Of a stretch of DNA of 64,000 nucleotides, positions 43,101 through 49,849 are shown piece by piece. Within the stretch, counting starts at the first letter, position 1. Every line of letters begins with the position of its first letter. The stretch is taken from sequence record SRR20825019_212. One strand, written 5' to 3'. The position numbers and the translations under genes were made by a program. The notes beneath the pieces are model-generated. The model was given only the letters and a program-made list of their open reading frames with translations, was not told the DNA's origin and made no database searches.

Positions 43101-43353
43101 CAAAATCTGTCTGTGTTCCATTAGTGGTACCTTTTACAATAACATTGGTACCTGGCAAAGGTGTTCCAAAATTATCCACAACCGTACCCGTTATGGTTAA
43201 TTGGTAAGGGGGCGAAGTAGCATCACCCGAGTCCGGGGCCGCTGCAAACGCAGATCCACCCACCAACATCATTGTCATTGACAAAAAGAATGTCTGAAAA
43301 GCCTTTAGGGCACCAGACAACCTTGTCAAAACTTGAATTCTGTTTTGATTCAT
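40150..43353 (-). CDS. SusC/RagA-family TonB-dependent transporter
   Basis: CarboxypepD_reg-like N-terminal domain, LDEVVVTGYG, VLKDGAAAIYGARASNGVI plug, LKWETS, C-terminal F. ATG 43353 preferred. Confidence 0.95.
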   Translation of the reverse strand: MNQNRIQVLTRLSGALKAFQTFFLSMTMMLVGGSAFAAAPDSGDATSPPYQLTITGTVVDNFGTPLPGTNVIVKGTTNGTQTDFDGNYSITAASDATLIFSYVGFKTIEIPVNGNSTMDVTMQEDAAALDEVVVTGYGTQTRGELTGSVGTVDVAEATKTPVVNAAEALQGRVSGVTITNNGQPGSAPVVRIRGFGSGNSNDPLYIIDGVQTDDPGILNSINPADIQQMNVLKDGAAAIYGARASNGVIIVTTKSGGYNLDRARVSLDMYTGFSVATNLPEMLTPAQHGQMIWQSFLNDGVTPEHAQYGNGPSPVVPDKVQGVPVSMTVRPGGTDWVDEIYRSAITQNASITLENGNEKSKFLFSAGYLNRQGIQIHTGFKRGNVRLNSEFKVGDRIRIGEHANISFDRRSGGQSWFNFAQRMSPLVPVYDDEGNFGGNYSNDAKLGNPNNPVAEATRQKDDFAKTFRVFGDIYATVDILDGLQFKTSFGGSIRAYNDRRFRALIPESSEPIATNTLTEADQDTYEWVWTNTLNYNKSFGDHSINALIGIEALDNHGKGKEISRTDYFYERPDYYLLSNGGGAPNVAYAYDNASSLFSVFGTVNYDYDGKYLLTATVRRDESSRFIGDNKSDIFPSFSGGWVVSNENFWPTDSFMSRLKLKGSWGQLGNQSLPVDNPTVNFSILSEQYANYAYNGSAAGITQGAILSAAGNPDLKWETSETTNFGIEMGFFDNKLNFSAEYFTITTKDLINQDGSLYSSTALDAAPPYVNLGSFRNKGVDATLSFSDQTDSGFNYGIDVNFSHYKNEVLDLISAFQTGFGGFRTTGTVTRTQEGQPISSFYGRIVDGIFASEAEVANAPSQGFATNADGVGRFRYRDINGDGTINDDDRTFIGSPHPDFTYGVNLRMAYKGFDMSAFFQGSQGNDIFNNDKVYTDFPSFFNANRSVRVLDSWTPDNLDAELPALSQSITNNEGAANSFFVEDGSYMRLKNLQIGYTFDEEVSSYLGMDSVRLYLQGTNLFTITGYDGVDPELQPRLDGGAIDNLTIGVSDNNYPLAAIYSFGVNLKF

Positions 43354-43399
43354 AGATAGTCTATTTAGTTTAGTTATTTCTAATGATCTCGACCGTGCA

Positions 43400-43422
43400 T
43401 ATTGTCTCAATCAGGAACAATA
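43400..43422. promoter_or_regulatory. Candidate NrtR-family operator 1 (TATTGTCTCAATCAGGAACAATA), proximal to susC
   Basis: Imperfect copy of the perfect palindrome at 43734, 46 nt upstream of the susC ATG. Confidence 0.65.
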
Positions 43423-43733
43423 ATAGTTATTTTTTTATAATTGGCAATATTTTAACAGTAAATATTGAATATGACAAAATCCATACTTTCAAAGTATAAA
43501 TCTGGTAATCCTAAAAAAACGTTAATAATACTGGGCGTACAGCGGGATGTCAATTAGGGTAATAAAATATTCATCTGCACAGAAAACAAAAAACAAACAA
43601 ATTAGTCCACCTATGTTACAATTATAATATACCTCTTCTCCTGTCTGAAAAATGTTAGCAATCATTAGAAAAAAATAAACTCCTGACTAAATTATAGTTC
43701 ATGTTCAGTAATTATTTCAGTGTCTCCCCTTTA

Positions 43734-43756
43734 TATTGTATCAATTTGATACAATA
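43734..43756. promoter_or_regulatory. Candidate NrtR-family operator 2 (TATTGTATCAATTTGATACAATA), proximal to the regulator gene
   Basis: Perfect 23-bp odd-centred palindrome 58 nt upstream of the NrtR-family gene. Confidence 0.72.
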
Positions 43757-43814
43757 ATGCCCCTATTTTTTTATTTTTATATTTTTTTAGTGTAAATTTT
43801 GCGATGTTTACAAT

Positions 43815-44531
43815 ATGTTGCCTTCAGAAAACAAATACCTAACCAACGTTTCTTTTGATACCGTAATCTTTGGTTTCACAGGGGAAGAACTAAAAATTTT
43901 GGTTCTCGAATACCAGAACACAGGTTTATTTGCATTACCTGGAGGCTACATTAGAAGAGATGAAAACTTATTGGATGCCGCTAAAAAGGGTATTATGAGG
44001 CGTACGGGCCTCAAAACAATTCATTTAGAGCAGTTCCATACGTTTGGAAAGCTGAACAGGTCCAATCCTGAACCATCTAAAAGGATTGCCAAGGGCCTGG
44101 GCTATGAGATGCCGGATGATCACTGGGTATTGGATAGGTTCATTACCGTAGGATATTACTCTTTGATCAACTACAATGAGGTTCGTCCAACACCTAACAA
44201 GTTCTCCGATTCCATAAATTGGTATAGCATCAATAACCTTCCTCCTTTGATGATGGATCACGAGGAAATCGTAAAAAAAGCATTGGAGGCCATCAGGACT
44301 GACCTCGGTAAAAAACCTATTGGAACCAACCTGTTGCCCGAAAAATTCACCATGAAAGAATTACGAAAAGTATACGAGGCCATTTTGGACAAAAAACTTC
44401 GACGGACTACTTTTCAACGTAAAATTCTAAGTATGGACATCCTTATAAGGCATGAAAAACTCTATACCGGAGCAGCCAACAAAGCACCTTACCTTTATAG
44501 CTTTGATAAAGAAAAAATAGAAAAGCTATAA
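43815..44531 (+). CDS. NrtR-family transcriptional regulator (Nudix + winged HTH)
   Basis: Degenerate Nudix box (ALPGGYIRRDENLLDAAKKGIMRRTGL, no REUXEE), LEQFHTFG, DH, and a wHTH (LPEKFTMKELRKVYEAIL...FQRK...LYSF). Confidence 0.88.
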   Translation: MLPSENKYLTNVSFDTVIFGFTGEELKILVLEYQNTGLFALPGGYIRRDENLLDAAKKGIMRRTGLKTIHLEQFHTFGKLNRSNPEPSKRIAKGLGYEMPDDHWVLDRFITVGYYSLINYNEVRPTPNKFSDSINWYSINNLPPLMMDHEEIVKKALEAIRTDLGKKPIGTNLLPEKFTMKELRKVYEAILDKKLRRTTFQRKILSMDILIRHEKLYTGAANKAPYLYSFDKEKIEKL

Positions 44532-44599
44532 CCCATTGAACAACGTCCATTAGAATTGAGCAAAAATTATAACCTTTAAAACCTAAACTAAATACCGAA

Positions 44600-46306
44600 A
44601 TGCCAAATTTTAATATTGATGCCGACCCAAAGCATACCTACGACGCTATTGTAATCGGTTCAGGAATCAGCGGTGGTTGGGCTGCCAAAGAACTCTGTGA
44701 GAAAGGGTTAAAAACCTTAGTTCTTGAGCGTGGCCCTGTTGTTGAACATCCAACCGACTATAAAACTGCCAATCTTGATCCTTGGGACATGGAGCTTCGC
44801 GGTGGGCTTACACCAGATCAAAAGGAAAAACATTATAAAGCTATAAGGTCTGGGTTTATAGGCCAGGACACCGAACATTTTTTTGCCAACGACAAAGAAA
44901 ACCCATACACAGAGGTTAAGCCATTTCTTTGGATACGGGGACACCAAATGGGCGGTCGCTCCCTACTTTGGGGAAAACAGACCTATCGTTGGAGCGAGAT
45001 GGACTTTGAGGCAAATGCCAAAGATGGTCATGGTGTGGATTGGCCCATTCGCTATAAAGACCTAGAGCCATGGTACACCTACGTGGAAAAGTTTGCAGGG
45101 ATCAGCGGTGAAGCTCTTGGCTTGCCACAACTGCCGGATAGCCACTTCCTCCCGCCCATGGAATTGAACTGTGTGGAAAAAGACATCAAAAAACGTATTG
45201 AAAGGGATTTCCCGGGAAGGCACATGATCATAGGAAGAGTTGCGCACTTGACCCAGCCCTTGAACGGTAGGGGGCAATGTCAATACAGGAACCGATGCAG
45301 TCGAGGCTGCCCCTACGGGGCCTATTTTAGCAGCAACGCGGTTACTCTTCCAGCTGCCAACGCCACAGGAAACCTTACTTTTAGGCCTTATTCCATTGTA
45401 CAATCCATAATGTACGATGAAAGTACAGGAAAAGCATCTGGTGTGCGCATCATTGATGCCGAGACCAATGAGGACGCTGAGTTCAAGGCCAAAATCATTT
45501 TCTGCAATGCCTCAACGTTGAGTACAACGCAAATTTTACTGAATTCAACCTCCAATCGTTTTCCGAACGGAATGGGGAACGATAGTGGTGAACTGGGCCA
45601 CAACCTTATGGATCACACTTATCGTGTTGGGGCCTTGGGAAAAGTTGAAGGCTATGAAGATAAATATTATAGTGGGCGTAGACCCAATGGCATTTATATT
45701 CCGCGCTACTGGAACATTGATGAAAAATCAAAAACCGACAAGTTCCTTCGAGGTTTTGGTTTTCAAGGTGGAGGATACCGAATGGGCAACAGTGAAGCTG
45801 CCAACCGTAAGGAATTCGGAGGTGATTATAAGGACAGTATCATGAAACCGGGACCTTGGGAATTCTTTATTACTGGATTTGCCGAATGTTTGCCCTATCA
45901 TGACAATAAGGTTTTCCTCAACAAAGAAGTCACCGATAAATGGGGGCAACCTACCCTATCCATTGATTGCGAATACAAGGAAAACGAACTGGCCCAAAAC
46001 AAACAAATTCAGGAAGATGCTGTGGAAATGTTGGAAAAAGCTGGTGTAAAAGATATAATTGGTTTTGATAACGAGCACGAACCTGGATATGGAGTTCATG
46101 AAATGGGAACTGCACGAATGGGACGTGACCCAAAAACTTCCGTTTTGAACGGCACCAACCAAATTCATTCAGTGAAAAACGTATTTGTTACCGATGGGGC
46201 TTGCATGACCTCCAACTCCTGTGTGAATCCATCATTGACCTATATGGCCCTCACCGCTCGTGCCACCAATCATGCTGTAGAACAACTTAAAAAATTCAAC
46301 ATTTAA
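44600..46306 (+). CDS. GMC-family FAD oxidoreductase (glucoside 3-dehydrogenase-like catalytic subunit)
   Basis: GSGISGG, GGRSLLWG, Cys cluster CQYRNRCSRGCP, HEMGTARMG and NPSLTYMA motifs; no signal peptide. Confidence 0.88.
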   Translation: MPNFNIDADPKHTYDAIVIGSGISGGWAAKELCEKGLKTLVLERGPVVEHPTDYKTANLDPWDMELRGGLTPDQKEKHYKAIRSGFIGQDTEHFFANDKENPYTEVKPFLWIRGHQMGGRSLLWGKQTYRWSEMDFEANAKDGHGVDWPIRYKDLEPWYTYVEKFAGISGEALGLPQLPDSHFLPPMELNCVEKDIKKRIERDFPGRHMIIGRVAHLTQPLNGRGQCQYRNRCSRGCPYGAYFSSNAVTLPAANATGNLTFRPYSIVQSIMYDESTGKASGVRIIDAETNEDAEFKAKIIFCNASTLSTTQILLNSTSNRFPNGMGNDSGELGHNLMDHTYRVGALGKVEGYEDKYYSGRRPNGIYIPRYWNIDEKSKTDKFLRGFGFQGGGYRMGNSEAANRKEFGGDYKDSIMKPGPWEFFITGFAECLPYHDNKVFLNKEVTDKWGQPTLSIDCEYKENELAQNKQIQEDAVEMLEKAGVKDIIGFDNEHEPGYGVHEMGTARMGRDPKTSVLNGTNQIHSVKNVFVTDGACMTSNSCVNPSLTYMALTARATNHAVEQLKKFNI

Positions 46307-46310
46307 CCTC

Positions 46311-46904
46311 ATGGACCGTAGAAAAGCTTTAAAATTTACAGGAAGTATGGCCGCATTAGCCGTTTCTGGCCCGTCCTTGCTATCATTGTTACAATCATGT
46401 AAAAATGAGGCCCGAATGGATTGGCAACCCATATTTTTGACCATGGATGAAGCAGCATTCGTCTCCAAAATCGTGGATATGATATTGCCACGAACCGAAA
46501 CTCCTGGAGCACTCGATGTAAAAACGGATATATTCATCGATAAGGTTTACGCCAATCTTTATGACACCGATGCTCAGGAACATGTAAGGAAAGAAATAGA
46601 AAAATTCAATCAAGATTGCATTGCGGATTTTGGTGACAGTTTTGTAAACCTCTCCGAATCGGACCAAATCAAGGTTTTGCAAAAAGCGGAAGAGAATTCA
46701 GGACAATTCGGAAGCGGCGTGTGGGGAACCACCGTGGGTAAACCTGAACCCGTAGGTTTCTATCGTTCCTTAAAATCAACGGCGCTCTGGGGCTATTTCA
46801 CTTCGCAAGAAATCGGTGAAAATGTTTTGAATTATGATCCCATACCAGGGGGATATAACGGTTGCATCCCTTTAAGTGAGGTAGGCAACAAATGGAGTCT
46901 GTAA
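46311..46904 (+). CDS. Gluconate 2-dehydrogenase subunit 3-family Tat small subunit
   Basis: MDRRKALK twin-arginine signal with LLQSC; ILPRTETPGA, GYFTSQEIG and PIPGGYNGC motifs. Confidence 0.87.
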   Translation: MDRRKALKFTGSMAALAVSGPSLLSLLQSCKNEARMDWQPIFLTMDEAAFVSKIVDMILPRTETPGALDVKTDIFIDKVYANLYDTDAQEHVRKEIEKFNQDCIADFGDSFVNLSESDQIKVLQKAEENSGQFGSGVWGTTVGKPEPVGFYRSLKSTALWGYFTSQEIGENVLNYDPIPGGYNGCIPLSEVGNKWSL

Positions 46905-46905
46905 T

Positions 46906-48273
46906 ATGGACTCCAAACCCTTTTATATCAACCGAAGAAAGTTTTTGGCCAGTTCCACGGCAGCTCTGGCACTCTCAACATTTGGTGCCTACGGCCTTGA
47001 TTTGATCTATGCTCAAAAAAAATGGAGAGTCGGGCTTATTGGTTGTGGCTGGTACGGTAAAAGCGACCTCTTCAAACTCATTCAAGTGGCCAATGTAGAA
47101 GTGGTATCACTTTGTGATGTGGACAAAAAACATCTCGAGGAGGCTGCCATTTTGGTGGCACAAAGGCAATCATCCGGAAAAAGACCTCGTTTGTACCACG
47201 ACTATCGTAAAATGCTGGCTGAAAAGGATTTGGACATAGTTTTGATTGGCAGTCCAGACCATTGGCATGCCCTACAGGCGATTGAAGCTATGGAATCCGG
47301 AGCACATCTCTATCTACAAAAACCTATTAGTTTAGATATTTTGGAAGGCGAAGCTATTTTGAGCACTGCCCGGAAACTTGGAAGAAAAGTACAAATAGGT
47401 ACCCAACGAAGAAGTACACCACATTTGATAGAGGGCAAGAAAAATATCATCGATGCCGGGCTATTGGGAAAAATATCCCATGTAGAAATGTGCTGTTATT
47501 ATCACATGCGATGGAACGCTAACCCTCCCGTACAAGAAGTTCCAGATTATTTTGATTATGATTTTTGGTCGGGACCTGCCCCACTCCGCCCCTACATTGG
47601 GCTGCCTCACCGAAGTTGGCGTGCCTTTATGGAATATGGTAATGGCATTGTGGGTGATATGTGTGTTCATATGTTGGATGCGGTACGTTGGATGCTTGAC
47701 CTTGGTTGGCCCAAAAAAGTAAGCTCTACTGGGGGAATCTATGTTCAAAAGGATTCCATCGCCAATATTTCCGACACCCAAACAGCCATTTTTGAATTTG
47801 ATGAACTAAACTGTGTATGGCAGCATCGTAGCTGGGGCAATCCGACGGACCCAGATTATCCATGGGCATTTTTCATTTATGGTGAAAAAGGTACGTTTAA
47901 AGGAAGTGTTCATCAGTATGAATTTATTCCCAACGGAGATGGAAAAACCATAAAAAAAGAAGTGGTCTACGAACGTGAAAAGTATCCCGAAGATTTAAAA
48001 GAGAAAGATATTGAACTACATACCGCACCTGCTACCCGAGGACACATGTTGGACCTATTGGACTCCATAGAAAATGATAGACTACCTGTGGCAGATGTAC
48101 AACAGGGCCATATTTCAACGGCCAGTTGCATCATGGCCAATCTTGCCATGAAATTGGAACGACCCTTGGCGTACAATCCTCAAGAAAAGGCGATAATCAA
48201 TGATGCCGAAGCTTCGAGTTTACTGAAGAATACGTATAGAGGGCCATGGAAGCACCCTTTCGAATCCATTTAA
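46906..48273 (+). CDS. Tat-exported Gfo/Idh/MocA-family NAD(P)-dependent oxidoreductase
   Basis: NRRKFL Tat motif; GLIGCGWYG, SPDHWH, QKP, GTQRRS and GDMCVHMLD motifs. Confidence 0.88.
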   Translation: MDSKPFYINRRKFLASSTAALALSTFGAYGLDLIYAQKKWRVGLIGCGWYGKSDLFKLIQVANVEVVSLCDVDKKHLEEAAILVAQRQSSGKRPRLYHDYRKMLAEKDLDIVLIGSPDHWHALQAIEAMESGAHLYLQKPISLDILEGEAILSTARKLGRKVQIGTQRRSTPHLIEGKKNIIDAGLLGKISHVEMCCYYHMRWNANPPVQEVPDYFDYDFWSGPAPLRPYIGLPHRSWRAFMEYGNGIVGDMCVHMLDAVRWMLDLGWPKKVSSTGGIYVQKDSIANISDTQTAIFEFDELNCVWQHRSWGNPTDPDYPWAFFIYGEKGTFKGSVHQYEFIPNGDGKTIKKEVVYEREKYPEDLKEKDIELHTAPATRGHMLDLLDSIENDRLPVADVQQGHISTASCIMANLAMKLERPLAYNPQEKAIINDAEASSLLKNTYRGPWKHPFESI

Positions 48274-48317
48274 AAAACTTTAATAAGTTGTGTCAATCGG
48301 TGGCACCTGAATATATT

Positions 48318-49808
48318 ATGAAAAATATCAGCCTCCTACTCTTCTGTATTTGTTTATGCACCATATGCCCGGCCCAGCAAAACAATAAACGAACCATTGT
48401 AACCACAGATGGTGAAATCGACGATGTGGATACCTTTATCCGCTTTTTGATGTACACCAATGAGTTCGATACCGAAGGATTGATCTACTCCAGTTCCATG
48501 TGGCATTGGAAGGGAGATGGCAAAGGCACCACCATGGTATCGGAAATGGAAATGACCCGAAACATGTATGGAGAGCGGAGCGAATTGCGATGGCCCGGTA
48601 CCACTTGGATGGAAGAATTATTGGCTGAATATGCCAAAGTTCACCCAAATCTTCTTTTGCACGACAAGAATTATCCTTCAGCAGAAGCACTTTTGGCATT
48701 GGTGAAGGTGGGCAACATCGATTTTGAAGGTGAAATGGACAAGCGTACCGAAGGTTCTGAATGGATTGCAAAAAAATTATTGGACGATGATCCGCGGGAA
48801 ATATTTCTTCAAGCTTGGGGAGGAACTAACACCATTGCCCGTGCCCTAAAATCTATTGAGGAAGATTATTCAAACCATAAGAATTGGGAAGAAATCAAAG
48901 AGACAGTATCCAAAAAAGCCATTATCTACACCATAATGGACCAAGATGCTACTTATAAAAACTATATAGGACCCAACTGGCCCAAAATCCGTATTTTCTA
49001 CAATGCCAACCAATTTTGGTGCTTTGCCTATCCATGGAAAAGAGTGGTTCCAAAAAGCCAACAACCTTTTTTGGAAGGTAGTTTTATGGGCCCCAACATC
49101 ATAAATGACCATGGTTCGCTTTTTAAAAAATACTATTCCTACGGGGATGGACAAAAACAAGAAGGAGATCCCAATCATTTTGAAGGTGACATTTCCAAAA
49201 TTACAAATACCGAACGGGGCAGCTTTTCCAAATATGATTTTATATCCGAAGGAGACTCGCCGGCATTCCTGCATTTGGTAGATGTGGGATTGGACAACTA
49301 CGAAGACCCGTCCAGAGGTGGTTGGAGCGGTCGTTTTGTACAATCAACAGAAAATCCATACCGATATGAAGACGGGGAAGCTGCTTCCGACCTAAATCCA
49401 GAAACAGGAGAAATGGACAAAAGCTATCCACAGACCCGATGGATAAAGCCTATGCAATTGGATTTCGCGGCTAGGGCGGATTGGTGCGTTAAATCATTTT
49501 CCGAAGCAAATCACCCACCCAAGGTTACTGTAATGGAGGGGAACACAATAGTCTCAGCAGCAGGGGAAACAGTTACGCTGAACATATCCGGAAAGGATGT
49601 AGACGGACATCCTGTTTATTTTAAAGTTTGGCCCTATGCGGAGGCAGGAGATGGTACGGTACAGATTGAATTGAATATGGATAAAGCCAAAGTAGACGTT
49701 CCAAAAACAGCAAAGGCTGGTGAAAAATACCATGTGATAATAGAAGGTACGGATACCGGATTTCCTGCTTTGACAAGATACCAGCGGGTAATCATTGAAA
49801 TTAATTAA
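48318..49808 (+). CDS. DUF1593 (Sde182-like, nucleoside-hydrolase-like fold) secreted protein
   Basis: Signal peptide from ATG 48318; TTDGEIDD, QAWGGTNT, SEGDSPAFL, GGWSGR and DFAARADW motifs; C-terminal LTRYQRVII. Confidence 0.82.
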   Translation: MKNISLLLFCICLCTICPAQQNNKRTIVTTDGEIDDVDTFIRFLMYTNEFDTEGLIYSSSMWHWKGDGKGTTMVSEMEMTRNMYGERSELRWPGTTWMEELLAEYAKVHPNLLLHDKNYPSAEALLALVKVGNIDFEGEMDKRTEGSEWIAKKLLDDDPREIFLQAWGGTNTIARALKSIEEDYSNHKNWEEIKETVSKKAIIYTIMDQDATYKNYIGPNWPKIRIFYNANQFWCFAYPWKRVVPKSQQPFLEGSFMGPNIINDHGSLFKKYYSYGDGQKQEGDPNHFEGDISKITNTERGSFSKYDFISEGDSPAFLHLVDVGLDNYEDPSRGGWSGRFVQSTENPYRYEDGEAASDLNPETGEMDKSYPQTRWIKPMQLDFAARADWCVKSFSEANHPPKVTVMEGNTIVSAAGETVTLNISGKDVDGHPVYFKVWPYAEAGDGTVQIELNMDKAKVDVPKTAKAGEKYHVIIEGTDTGFPALTRYQRVIIEIN

Positions 49809-49849
49809 CTTTCAATTTTCTGATTGAGCACATAAAACTAAATAACAAT

